Made by a program: the position numbers and the translations under genes | In this document: one piece after another, positions 28,261 through 37,935 of the stretch | How positions within the stretch are numbered: the stretch's first letter is position 1 | How the letters are laid out: every line of letters begins with the position of its first letter | The notes under the pieces: model-generated | The model's database searches: none | Told to the model about the DNA's origin: nothing | What the model saw: only the letters and a program-made list of their open reading frames with translations | NCBI GenBank assembly: GCA_964482885.1 | Contig: CAYZZJ010000002.1 | Coordinates: 1 to 40,281 of the forward strand | Reading direction: 5' to 3' | Origin: an uncultured Ruminococcus sp. | GTDB taxonomy: Bacteria; Bacillota; Clostridia; Oscillospirales; CAG-272 | DNA: 40,281 bases

Positions 28261-30891
28261 TTATTCTCCGAGCAGCTTTTTAAGCTCGTAGAGAGTGTTC
28301 ATCGCCTCTATGGGCGTAAGGGTGTTAATATCAATCTCGCGCAGGCGGTCGGCGACCTCGGCATCCTTTGATGCAACGATGCCCGAGAAAAGATCGAAGG
28401 TATCAGGCTCCTTGCGCGGCGTAGCTCCCGAAAATTCAGGGCGAACGCCGGACTCTATGTCCTTAAGGATTTCTCTGGCGCGCTTGACGACTTCGGCGGG
28501 TACACCAGCGAGCTTTGCGACCTCAATTCCATAGGAATCGTCTGTGCCACCTCTGACAATCTTACGCAAGAACGTAATGGAGTCACCGCGCTTTTTTGCC
28601 GCGATATTATAGTTGACTATACCGTCAAACTGCTCCTCCATATCAATAAGCTCGTGATAGTGGGTCGCAAAAAGGGTCTTAGCGCCTATTTTCTTCGAGT
28701 GGGTATACTCCACAACCGCACGTGCTATTGCCATGCCGTCAAAGGTGCTTGTTCCGCGTCCTACCTCATCGTATATAATTAAGGAACGCTTGGTAGCGTT
28801 TTTGAGAATGTTTGCCACCTCGTTCATTTCAAGCATAAAGGTGGACTGACCTGATGCAAGATCGTCGGAGGCACCCACACGGGTGAACAGCTTATCGACA
28901 ATACCGATATGCGCCGACTTCGCAGGTACGAACGAGCCTACCTGAGCCATTATGGTAATAATCGCTACCTGACGCATGTAGGTGGACTTACCCGCCATGT
29001 TAGGTCCGGTAATTATCATCACACGGTTTTCTGCGGTGTCAAGGGTTGTATCGTTCGGAACAAAATATGAATCGGTGACGAATTTTTCTACCACAGGGTG
29101 CCTGCCGTCCTTGATACGAAGCTCTGAGGAAAGATCTACGTCAGGACAGGTGTAAGCATTCTTAACAGCTACCTCTGCAAATGAGCGATATACGTCAAGC
29201 TCTGCGATAAGCGCCGCTACCGTACGTATTCTGTCATTGTTTTCGGATATGACTCTGCGCAGTCCCATGAATATCTCGTATTCGAGAGAAACAAGCTTTT
29301 CGTCTGCTGTGAAAATGGTATTCTCCATTTCCTTAAGCTCGTCGGTTATGTATCGCTCGCAGTTTGCAAGGGTCTGCTTTCTTACGTAATGCAAGGGCAC
29401 GGAGTCGATAAATGACTTGGAAACCTCTATGTAATAGCCAAAGACCTTGTTGTATGCGACCTTCAGCGTCTTTATGCCCGTAGCTTCCTTCTCGCGTTCC
29501 TCAATGGAAGCCATAATACCCGTACCGTTATTCTTGGTAGAACGATAGTAGTCAACGTCGGTATTGAAGCCCTCGCGAATCATTCCGCCCTCTCTTATAG
29601 TGAAGGGAGGATCATCTACGATAGCCTTTGCCAGAAGCTCTGCTATATCCTCAAGAGGATCTATCTTGTCCGCGAGCGCTTTAATTTTATTACAAGCAGA
29701 ATTGGAAATCAGCCGTTTAATCTCGGGCAGTTTTGATATGCTTGTGTAAATTGCGCGCAAATCCTTAGCGTTGGCTGTGCCATAGACAACCTTTGCGGTA
29801 AGTCTTTCGAGATCGAGCGTATGCGAAAGCAGCTCGCCTATTTCATCTCTTAAAACGTGCGCCCCGACAAAGTCGGATACAAAGCCCTGCCTGTTAATTA
29901 TTGCTACGGGGTTAAGGAGCGGCTTCAGAAGCCAGGCGCGCAAAAGCCTCGCACCCATTGCCGTCTTTGTTTTATCAAGCACCCAGAGAAGCGAGCCGCG
30001 CTTTTCCTTCGCGCGCATCGACTCGGTAAGCTCGAGATTACGCCTAGTGTTTATATCAAGCTCAAGGTGCTGCCCCTCGCTGTACGCGTTAATTTCCGTA
30101 CCGAAGGTAACCGACGTCTTCTGCGTATCACGTATATATGCGACAAGCGCACCTGCAGACATCATCATCTCGGGCATACCCAGCTTGTCCGCCTCATCTG
30201 AGAAGGAGTCACGCACCGAATCGCGAGCCTTATCGTACGTAAACATCGCCGATAAATCATCATCAACAAGCGCATGGCAGCGTTCGGTGAGAAATGCCAC
30301 AAGTGCTTTGCACTTCTCTTTGGGTAAATTAACAATAACCTCGCGCGGCATATAAGCTCCAAGCTCGTTCTCAAGTCGCGCATCGGCGTCAGCGCCGCTT
30401 ATATACGTAGATGAAAACTCACCCGTCGATATATCGGCAAGCGATAAGCCTATACCCGATACACCGTAGCAAACAGCCGCAAGGTAATTATTGGTACCCT
30501 CGTTCAACAAGCCCGCATCGGTAACCGTACCGGGGGTTACAACCCTTGTAACCTCGCGTTTAACAAGACCGACGCTGCTCTTCGGATCTCCTATTTGCTC
30601 GCAGATAGCAACCTTATAACCCTTTTCCACCAGTCTTCCGACGTACACGTCCGCCTTGTGGAAGGGCACGCCGCACATAGCGCCGCGCTTTCCGTTGCCG
30701 CAATCGCGAGACGTGAGCGTCAGCTCGAGCTCGCGTGAAGCAATAAGCGCATCGTCAAAGAAGCACTCGTAAAAATCTCCGAGGCGGTAAAGGAGAATAT
30801 ATCCTTCATACTGCTCCTTTACGTCGAGATATTGGTGCATCATGGGCGTTGTCGTAGTCAGATCGCTACGTCTTTCTATAACCTCTGCCAT
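28261..30891 (-). CDS. mutS: DNA mismatch repair protein MutS
   Basis: 876-aa protein with the N-terminal mismatch-binding motif (TPMMHQYLDVK...GDFYECF), Walker A GPNMAGKST, and STFMLEM. Confidence 0.95.
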   Translation of the reverse strand: MAEVIERRSDLTTTTPMMHQYLDVKEQYEGYILLYRLGDFYECFFDDALIASRELELTLTSRDCGNGKRGAMCGVPFHKADVYVGRLVEKGYKVAICEQIGDPKSSVGLVKREVTRVVTPGTVTDAGLLNEGTNNYLAAVCYGVSGIGLSLADISTGEFSSTYISGADADARLENELGAYMPREVIVNLPKEKCKALVAFLTERCHALVDDDLSAMFTYDKARDSVRDSFSDEADKLGMPEMMMSAGALVAYIRDTQKTSVTFGTEINAYSEGQHLELDINTRRNLELTESMRAKEKRGSLLWVLDKTKTAMGARLLRAWLLKPLLNPVAIINRQGFVSDFVGAHVLRDEIGELLSHTLDLERLTAKVVYGTANAKDLRAIYTSISKLPEIKRLISNSACNKIKALADKIDPLEDIAELLAKAIVDDPPFTIREGGMIREGFNTDVDYYRSTKNNGTGIMASIEEREKEATGIKTLKVAYNKVFGYYIEVSKSFIDSVPLHYVRKQTLANCERYITDELKEMENTIFTADEKLVSLEYEIFMGLRRVISENNDRIRTVAALIAELDVYRSFAEVAVKNAYTCPDVDLSSELRIKDGRHPVVEKFVTDSYFVPNDTTLDTAENRVMIITGPNMAGKSTYMRQVAIITIMAQVGSFVPAKSAHIGIVDKLFTRVGASDDLASGQSTFMLEMNEVANILKNATKRSLIIYDEVGRGTSTFDGMAIARAVVEYTHSKKIGAKTLFATHYHELIDMEEQFDGIVNYNIAAKKRGDSITFLRKIVRGGTDDSYGIEVAKLAGVPAEVVKRAREILKDIESGVRPEFSGATPRKEPDTFDLFSGIVASKDAEVADRLREIDINTLTPIEAMNTLYELKKLLGE

Positions 30892-30921
30892 ACGAGGTAA
30901 CCTCCAAAAAGTGAATTAATA

Positions 30922-31314
30922 TTAATGACAGCCGGAGCAGGTAGAGCAATCGTGAGTGCATTCATCGCGCTCGCCGGTAATGCAGAACTTGATCTCTGCG
31001 TTTACGTCCGCCATAAGTCTGTTCATAGCCTGCTGAGCCTCGTTGAACGCGATATACACGGGATTTGACGTTATAATTCCCGTAAGCTCCTCAAGACGGC
31101 TTCTGAGATTTGCAATAGCAAGCTCGTCCATCTCGTCTTCGGGCTTGGAGAACTCCTCGCCAAGAAGCTTGCGCTCGGTCTCATACTCACTCATCTGAGC
31201 ATTAAGCTCCGCATCAGCCTCGAATACCGCCTTTGCAGCCTCGAGGTTCTTGATCTCATCGCTTGCCGCAATCTCAAGTCCAAGTGCGTGCGCAATTTCA
31301 ATAATCTTAGTCAT
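30922..31314 (-). CDS. ymcA: YlbF/YmcA-family regulator (RicA-like) with a Cys-rich C-terminus
   Basis: Helical Com_YlbF-like sequence (LEAAKAVFEADAELNAQMSEYE...). Its position between miaB and mutS matches Bacillus subtilis ymcB(miaB)-ymcA-(cotE)-mutS-mutL. The start was set at the ATG at 31314 (GAGGA 8 nt upstream), overlapping the miaB stop. The protein ends CITGERDECTHDCSTCSGCH. Confidence 0.7.
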   Translation of the reverse strand: MTKIIEIAHALGLEIAASDEIKNLEAAKAVFEADAELNAQMSEYETERKLLGEEFSKPEDEMDELAIANLRSRLEELTGIITSNPVYIAFNEAQQAMNRLMADVNAEIKFCITGERDECTHDCSTCSGCH

Positions 31315-32701
31315 TTTTATATTCCTCACTTTGAATTTTTCCAATTAAATCAAAGGCTCCCGCCTTCACAATTTCTACGTTTATAAACTCGCCTGTCTTC
31401 ACGTTGTCCGCCGCAAAGTGAACGAGCTTATTACTTGCCGTCCTGGCTGAATAGGTGCCAAGCTCAGACTTCTTTGAGATAGCATCAACAAGCACCCGTT
31501 CTACCCTGCCAACGTATGATAGGTTGCACTCGTAGGATATTTCATTCTGCATTTTAAGCAAGCGTTCCATACGCTCGTCAACAACATCGGCGGGTGGCAT
31601 ATTATACATCTTCGCCGCAGGAGTACCCTCACGCGGTGAGAAGCGGAAGGAATACACAAGGTCAAACCTAGCCCGCCTTAATACGTCAAGAGTATCCAGG
31701 AAGTCGCTCTCATCTTCCCCCGGAAATCCGACTATAACGTCGGTAGAAAGCGCTATTTGCGGAACAGCAGCCCGAAGCTTGTCAACAATATCAAGGAAAC
31801 TCTCCTTAGTGTATTTACGGTTCATCGCCTTCAAAATACGGTTGCTTCCCGATTGAAGCGGCAGATGAAAATACGGCGCCACCTTACTTGTATACTTTCC
31901 CATAACCTCAATCAAGCGGTCTGATACGTCCTTGGGGTTGCTAGTCATAAAGCGTATAAGGAAATCTCCTTCGAGGCTTGCTATGCGCTCTACAAGTGTG
32001 GCAAAATCCACGTCGGATTTATATGAGTTGACGTTTTGTCCTAAGAGGGTTATCTCCTTTACGCCGTCATCTATCAGCTCCTTACATTCCTCAATAACCG
32101 CCGCACTATCCCTGCTTCGCTCTCTGCCTCTTGTGTAAGGGACTATGCAATAGGAGCAAAAATTATTGCAGCCGTACATAATCGAAACCCAAGCACGGTG
32201 AGCATTCATGCGCTGTATCGGTGCGCCCTCAAATATCTCCCCCGTATCCATACCGAGAATGAAGCTTCTGCGATTATCCTCGAGCTTTGCAAGAATTGCC
32301 TCGGGGAGCCTATGGAGCATATTCGGCTCAAGGGTGAAGGATACGTAATGAAATTTTGTCTTAAGCAGCTCAACTATATGAGGCTCGGACGCCATACAGC
32401 CGATAACGCATACTATCAGCTCGGGATTTTTTGCCTTGACAGCCTTAAAATTGCCCAGCACGGAGAGTGCCTTGTCCTCCGCGTGAGCCCTTATGGCACA
32501 GGTGTTGACAACAATTATGTCGGCATCAGAATAGTCCTCTGCTATAGTATACCCCATATCGGTGAGCATACCTCGTACACGCTCGCTGTCGGCTTCATTT
32601 TGCTGACAGCCAAACGTCATAACAAATGCTGTTCGCTCTTTCCCGTAATTCAGCTCGCGAATCCTCGCTATCTCGGGTAAAAGCACTTTATAATCAACCA
32701 T
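31307..32701 (-). CDS. miaB: tRNA (N6-isopentenyl adenosine(37)-C2)-methylthiotransferase MiaB
   Basis: UPF0004 N-domain cysteines, the radical-SAM motif CNNFCSYC, and a C-terminal TRAM domain. Confidence 0.95.
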   Translation of the reverse strand: MVDYKVLLPEIARIRELNYGKERTAFVMTFGCQQNEADSERVRGMLTDMGYTIAEDYSDADIIVVNTCAIRAHAEDKALSVLGNFKAVKAKNPELIVCVIGCMASEPHIVELLKTKFHYVSFTLEPNMLHRLPEAILAKLEDNRRSFILGMDTGEIFEGAPIQRMNAHRAWVSIMYGCNNFCSYCIVPYTRGRERSRDSAAVIEECKELIDDGVKEITLLGQNVNSYKSDVDFATLVERIASLEGDFLIRFMTSNPKDVSDRLIEVMGKYTSKVAPYFHLPLQSGSNRILKAMNRKYTKESFLDIVDKLRAAVPQIALSTDVIVGFPGEDESDFLDTLDVLRRARFDLVYSFRFSPREGTPAAKMYNMPPADVVDERMERLLKMQNEISYECNLSYVGRVERVLVDAISKKSELGTYSARTASNKLVHFAADNVKTGEFINVEIVKAGAFDLIGKIQSEEYKND

Positions 32702-32716
32702 ATTACTCCTGTTAAT

Positions 32717-34567
32717 TCAGAGAAAATATCTTTCAAGTCGGGATGCCGAGAGACCTGCATAGTCATATATATCGCAAATCTCGTCCGGGATCAAAAAATT
32801 ATCGTCGATAGCCGCAATTTCAAATCTGCACGCGCTGAGCGCTCCGCGCTCCGCCAGCATAGCCAAAACGGTAGCTGCGGCTCCGCCGTTTTTAATTCCC
32901 TCCTCCACGTAGACAACGTGCCTGCCATGAATGATACCCGAGAGGTAATCAACAAGCGGCTCATATGGCTTGATCCGTTCGGCGAGAATCACGCCGCATT
33001 CTATACCGGACGCAGCAAGCTCGTCGGCGGCAGCCAAAACGCGTTCCGTCTCTTTTCCATAGGTTACGAAAATATTTTTCGGCACCTCTTTCGGATCGAA
33101 GCTGCATTTAATCGAAAGCTGATCACCCGATATAATTGGCGTGAATCTACCATCAAAATCCTCCGTGGCCGAGGCGTTAGGATAGCGTATAGCGATAGGA
33201 TGCATACAATCCTTTGCATATCCTACAGCCGCGCGAAGCGCCTTGTACGTAGCGGGAGATATTATCTCCATTCCGGGGATATGCGAAAGGAAGGAAACGT
33301 CGAATATGCCATGGTGGGTTGCACCGTCCGCTACCGAAATGCCCGCCCTGTCAACAAGCAGCTTAACAGGCAGAGCTTGAAGCGCAATGTCATGTATAAT
33401 ATTATCGTATCCGCGCTGAAGGAAGGTTGAATATATTGCCGTAAAAGGCTTATAACCGTTTGCTGCAAGCCCTGCTGAAAACGTGAGAGCATGCTCCTCG
33501 GCTATTCCAACGTCAAAATACCTATCGGGGTGGCGCTTTTCAAAGTCGGCAAGTCCCGTACCAACGCCCATAGCCGCCGTAATTGCGGCAACCTTACTAT
33601 CCTCGTCTGCAAGAGAAATCAGCTCCTCGACGGCTATGCTGTGGAAGGAATCACTCTGGACAGAGGTTGAGATGCTGTGAAACGTCTCGGGGGAGCGCTC
33701 CGCCTCCTCTAAGCCCTTACCCTTCTGTGTTTTCAAATGCACGAAGACACATTTTCCAAGCTTTCTCGCCTTTAAGAGCGCTCGTTCTACCTTCTTATAA
33801 TCATTTCCGTCTATTGGACCGAGGTAATAAAAGCCTAGATCCTCGAAATAGCTGGGCTTGAAAACAAGTCGCTTTATCGCATTTTTCACCCAGGATAGCG
33901 CCGCCCTGAGCGGCTTTCCGATGAGCGGTATATGCGATAGGATTGAGTCGGTTTTATTCTTAATACCAATATATCCACTCGAGCTTCTGACCGAGGAAAG
34001 ATATGATGCAAATACACCCTGATTTAAGGATATAGACATACCGTTCTCGTTAATTATGACAATTAGCTTAAGATCGGGCTTACAGTTGTTGATTGCCTCG
34101 TGTATCATTCCACCGGTATACGCTCCGTCGCCAAGAACGCAAACCGTGTAATTGTCGCGCCCCGCCAGCTTATCCCCCTCGGCATATCCGAGCGCTGCAG
34201 ATAAAGAGGTGGAGCTGTGCCCTGCACCAAATGCATCGTGCTTGCTCTCTCTCATCGAGGTGAAGCCCGAAAGCCCCCCCGGGATGCGCAATTCATCAAA
34301 TCGGTCTTTTCTACCGGTGATAATCTTGTGAACGTAAGATTGATGCCCGACGTCAAAGATTATATGGTCTGTCGGCGAATCGAAAACACGATGTATGGCT
34401 ACCGACAGCTCGGTAACGCCGAGATTTGAGGCGAGGTGACCACCGCGCTCTCCAACCTTCTCCACAAGGAAGCTCCTCGCCTCACGGCAAAGACAGTCTA
34501 TTTCTTCGTATGAGAGCGATTTCAAGTCGCTCGGCGAATTAATTTTATCAAGGTACTGATACTTCAT
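32717..34567 (-). CDS. dxs: 1-deoxy-D-xylulose-5-phosphate synthase
   Basis: 616-aa protein with the N-terminus LDKINSPSDLK, GGHLASNLGVTEL, the TPP motif GDGAYTGGM and IAEEHA. Confidence 0.95.
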   Translation of the reverse strand: MKYQYLDKINSPSDLKSLSYEEIDCLCREARSFLVEKVGERGGHLASNLGVTELSVAIHRVFDSPTDHIIFDVGHQSYVHKIITGRKDRFDELRIPGGLSGFTSMRESKHDAFGAGHSSTSLSAALGYAEGDKLAGRDNYTVCVLGDGAYTGGMIHEAINNCKPDLKLIVIINENGMSISLNQGVFASYLSSVRSSSGYIGIKNKTDSILSHIPLIGKPLRAALSWVKNAIKRLVFKPSYFEDLGFYYLGPIDGNDYKKVERALLKARKLGKCVFVHLKTQKGKGLEEAERSPETFHSISTSVQSDSFHSIAVEELISLADEDSKVAAITAAMGVGTGLADFEKRHPDRYFDVGIAEEHALTFSAGLAANGYKPFTAIYSTFLQRGYDNIIHDIALQALPVKLLVDRAGISVADGATHHGIFDVSFLSHIPGMEIISPATYKALRAAVGYAKDCMHPIAIRYPNASATEDFDGRFTPIISGDQLSIKCSFDPKEVPKNIFVTYGKETERVLAAADELAASGIECGVILAERIKPYEPLVDYLSGIIHGRHVVYVEEGIKNGGAAATVLAMLAERGALSACRFEIAAIDDNFLIPDEICDIYDYAGLSASRLERYFL

Positions 34568-35388
34568 ATCTCTTCCCTTCCTTCACAGGAGGTAGGCGAT
34601 TTTCCGAGAACCTTGACGTACGCTCTATAGAATGAAGAATAGTCACCGAAGCCAACGCGATAAGCCGCGCCTGCAGCCGTTTCACCCGAATCTATAAGTC
34701 GCTTGGCATACATAACACGCTTTTGGTTAATATAACCGTGAACTGAGATACCGTTGTGCTTTTTGAAAGCGCGACAAAGGTGATACTTGCTGACAAAGAA
34801 GCGCCTTGCAAGCGTGTCAAGGCTCATATTTCTATGTATATTCTCATTGAGATATCTGATAACCTTTGCCCCAAGCTCATCCTCGCGGTAAATCATGCCC
34901 TCGCCGTGACACGCAGATAAGAAAAGTATTATCTCGGACAAAAGCATAGACATATATGCATTTTTCTCGCTCTCGGGGAATTTCGCGGCTATCTCGAACC
35001 TGTCAAATACGCTGAACAGTTCTGTAGGCAGTGTTCCCGAGGAATAGTACTTTCCTCCCGAGTCCTCCTCGGTACGCATTATCGCATTAAAGCGCTCGAG
35101 AGTATCTCCGGAAAGGAGCGATGGCGAAAACTTCAACACGTAACGCTCGTAGGGCAGATCTTTATCAACAAGAACGTAATGATATTGAAGCGGCTTGATA
35201 ATCATCAGTGTAACCGGCTTGATATCAAACGATGCGCCCTCAACCACATACTTACCCTCGCCCGATATAACGAAAAGAATTTCATAAGCATCATGACAGT
35301 GTGCCGCATCCAGCTCGGATGGCGCACTTTTATCGTATCCGTAGGTATACTCAAGCCCTTTGGCAATAACCTCGATGTGCTTAGACAT
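34564..35388 (-). CDS. AraC-family transcriptional regulator (N-terminal cupin sensor + C-terminal HTH)
   Basis: A cupin-like N-domain (HCHDAYEILFVISGEG) and an AraC-type double HTH C-domain (LARRFFVSKYHLCRAFKK...AYRVGFGDYSSFYRAY). The stop TGA overlaps the dxs ATG. Confidence 0.85.
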   Translation of the reverse strand: MSKHIEVIAKGLEYTYGYDKSAPSELDAAHCHDAYEILFVISGEGKYVVEGASFDIKPVTLMIIKPLQYHYVLVDKDLPYERYVLKFSPSLLSGDTLERFNAIMRTEEDSGGKYYSSGTLPTELFSVFDRFEIAAKFPESEKNAYMSMLLSEIILFLSACHGEGMIYREDELGAKVIRYLNENIHRNMSLDTLARRFFVSKYHLCRAFKKHNGISVHGYINQKRVMYAKRLIDSGETAAGAAYRVGFGDYSSFYRAYVKVLGKSPTSCEGREEI

Positions 35389-35532
35389 TTCCTCGCTCCT
35401 TTCGTCATTTTACGGGCGCGGGCAGGCAGAAGCGCGCGCATATTTTATGTATCCAAAATGTATTATAACACGCTCGAGCAATATTTGCAATACTTTTCGC
35501 AACGGTAACAATGACTTTTTTTGAATTGTATA

Positions 35533-35561
35533 TTGATTGCCGGAATAAAATATGATAAAAT
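35533..35561 (+). promoter_or_regulatory. Candidate promoter of the SDR gene
   Basis: TTGATT (35533-35538), a 17-nt spacer, then TAAAAT (35556-35561). Confidence 0.4.
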
Positions 35562-35650
35562 ATTTTCAGATGTGTAATACGGCAAACGTGCTTCAACAAT
35601 TAAACAGCACACGCCAACGTCACGTAAAACCACAAAAAGGAGAATCCAAA

Positions 35651-36505
35651 ATGAATTTACCCTTTGAAATTGATCTTAGCGGCAAGGTTGCCGTTGTTAC
35701 CGGTGCGGGCGGAATACTCTGCTCCGATTTTGCAAAGGTTATAGCGAGCTGCGGTGCTAAGGTTGCATTACTTGACATCAACCTTGATGCTGCCGAGGCT
35801 TACGCGAAGGAGATCCGCGATGCAGGCGGAGTTGCAATCGCTGTCAAGGCGAACTGCCTTGAGAAGGCGAGCCTCGAGGAAGCGCGAGAGACCGTTTGCC
35901 GCGAGCTTGGTCCCTGCGATATACTAATTAACGGTGCGGGCGGAAACAACCCCAGAGCTACCACCGACAACGAGTATTTCGATGCCGCTACCATCGGCAA
36001 TCCCGACATTAAGGACTTCTTCGACCTCACTCCCGAGGGCTTCAAGTTCGTTCTCGACCTTAACGTAACCGCTGCATTCCTTACAACGCAGGTATTTGCG
36101 CTTGATATGGCTAAGTCCGGCACCGGCGGTAACATCATTAACATTTCCTCGATGAATGCATTCAGACCCCTTACCAAGATTCCCGCGTACAGCGCTGCTA
36201 AGTCCGGTGTATCCAATCTTACTCAGTGGCTCGCCGTTCATTTCGCGAATGCCGGCATTCGCGTTAACGCAATCGCGCCCGGCTTCTTCGTAACCAATCA
36301 GAACCGCGCGCTGCTCTTCCATGAGGACGGCACTCCCACGCCCAGAACAGACAAGATTCTTCGCGGTACTCCCATGAATCGCTTTGGCGAGTCCGAGGAG
36401 CTTATCGGTGGTCTGCTCTTCTTCCTTAACGATGTAGCATCAGGCTTCATCACCGGCGTCGTTCTTCCTATTGACGGCGGCTTCTCCGCATATTCGGGAG
36501 TTTAA
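35651..36505 (+). CDS. SDR-family oxidoreductase, closest to my recollection of the YjmF/UxuB-type D-mannonate oxidoreductase group
   Basis: TGAGGILC (NAD(P)-binding), NGAGGNNPRATTD, catalytic YSAAK, and a C-terminus VLPIDGGFSAYSGV. The start was set at the ATG at 35651 with an AGGAG RBS. The subfamily call rests on remembered family consensus, not on a search. Confidence 0.75.
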   Translation: MNLPFEIDLSGKVAVVTGAGGILCSDFAKVIASCGAKVALLDINLDAAEAYAKEIRDAGGVAIAVKANCLEKASLEEARETVCRELGPCDILINGAGGNNPRATTDNEYFDAATIGNPDIKDFFDLTPEGFKFVLDLNVTAAFLTTQVFALDMAKSGTGGNIINISSMNAFRPLTKIPAYSAAKSGVSNLTQWLAVHFANAGIRVNAIAPGFFVTNQNRALLFHEDGTPTPRTDKILRGTPMNRFGESEELIGGLLFFLNDVASGFITGVVLPIDGGFSAYSGV

Positions 36506-36514
36506 TAAACGATT

Positions 36515-36547
36515 AAAAAGCGCAAAGCAATTCGCTTTGCGCTTTTT
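36515..36547. terminator. Bidirectional intrinsic terminator
   Basis: AAAAAGCGCAAAG - loop - CTTTGCGCTTTTT. Confidence 0.6.
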
Positions 36548-36550
36548 ATT

Positions 36551-36593
36551 ATACCAATGAGGCAATTTTACAACGCCTCATTGGTATCTTTTT
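36551..36593 (+). terminator. Second, tandem hairpin (13-bp stem) with a T-tract
   Basis: ATACCAATGAGGC - 11-nt loop - GCCTCATTGGTAT, followed by CTTTTT. Confidence 0.5.
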
Positions 36594-36627
36594 GCAAACT
36601 TTTAGTTACTTAATCATCAAAAAGAGG

Positions 36628-37935
36628 CTATACCAACTCTTCCTCCGCCTTCGGCTCAACGAGGACAGTTAGCTTAACAACGCGCTCCTCCTCCATCTCC
36701 GCCACTATAACGAATATATTCTCATAGCGGAAGCTGTCACCGACGTTCGGATCGGAGTTCAGCATCTCAACAGCCCAACCGCCCATGGTGGAATACTCGC
36801 AGCTGAAGTCCTCGGGCTTCACGAACCCGACCTCCTCGAAGAAGTCATCAATATCCATATCCGAGTTAACCTCATAGGTGTTCTCACCGGTGGCAACGCA
36901 CTGAGTAACTATAACGTCGGTATCGTCCCAGATATCACCGACAAGCTCCTCAAGAATATCCTCCATCGTAACAACACCGAGCGTGCCGCCGAACTCATCG
37001 ATAACTATTGCAAGATGCATCTGCGCCTCACGGAGCTTTGCGAGTGCCGCAGGGAGCTTCATAGTCTTATGAAGCCTGCAGGGCTTCATCATAAGCGAGC
37101 GCAAATCGGGAGATTTTTCATTAAGCGCAGCTTTGTAATACCTCGACAGAGAGAGCACACCGATAATATTATCTATGCTGTTTTCATACACGGGTATCCT
37201 CGAATACTGTGCCGTATCGGATAGAAGGACCGCTATCTCGTTTTCATCATCGTCGATATCAATCGCGGTCATATCTATCCTCGGAGTCATTATTCTCTCT
37301 ATTGTGGTGTCTCTAAATTCGAGAGTAGACTGAAGAAGATCGCCCTGCTCCTCATTAATAAGACCCTCTTCCTCGATGGTATCAATAATGGTTACAAGCT
37401 CTTCCTCAGTAACGGTAGGATCATCACTCTTATGATCTTTACCCCATATTTTACGAAGCACGAACAGAAGTGCCATGACTATAAATACAAAGGGGCTAAG
37501 GATTATAGTGAGAATTTTTGTAGGTATAGCAACGATTCTTACAACTATATCGGCGTTCTGCTTTGCTAGAACCTTTGGAACTATCTCGCCGAATATAAGA
37601 ATAACTATGGTTATTAAGATAGTTGTGATAGTCGATGCGAGCGCTACGTTATCCTTGAAAAGATTCATGATAATGAGCGTCGAGCAGGTAGAAACCGCTA
37701 TGTTAGCAAGATTGTTACCGATAAGAATGGCAGAAAGAGCCGTAGTAAACTTCTCACTAATAGCAAATGCAATCTTTGCGGTAGTGCTACCGCCCTCCGC
37801 CGCGCGGCGCAGGCGCATCTTATTCGAGGTGTTAAATGCTATCTCCGATGCTGAGAAATACGCAGAAAGCATAATCATCACAAGGATAACTACATATGCC
37901 CACCACATTTTTGCAAAATGCTCTGCGAAGGTCAT
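36628..37935 (-). CDS. CNNM/TlyC-family protein (DUF21 membrane domain + CBS pair + CorC_HlyC), putative divalent-cation transporter
   Basis: Four N-terminal TM helices, a CBS pair region, VIDEFGGTLGVVTMEDILEELVGDI, and a C-terminal CorC_HlyC-like domain. The ATG overlaps the upstream paralog's stop as ATGA. Confidence 0.85.
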   Translation of the reverse strand: MTFAEHFAKMWWAYVVILVMIMLSAYFSASEIAFNTSNKMRLRRAAEGGSTTAKIAFAISEKFTTALSAILIGNNLANIAVSTCSTLIIMNLFKDNVALASTITTILITIVILIFGEIVPKVLAKQNADIVVRIVAIPTKILTIILSPFVFIVMALLFVLRKIWGKDHKSDDPTVTEEELVTIIDTIEEEGLINEEQGDLLQSTLEFRDTTIERIMTPRIDMTAIDIDDDENEIAVLLSDTAQYSRIPVYENSIDNIIGVLSLSRYYKAALNEKSPDLRSLMMKPCRLHKTMKLPAALAKLREAQMHLAIVIDEFGGTLGVVTMEDILEELVGDIWDDTDVIVTQCVATGENTYEVNSDMDIDDFFEEVGFVKPEDFSCEYSTMGGWAVEMLNSDPNVGDSFRYENIFVIVAEMEEERVVKLTVLVEPKAEEELV

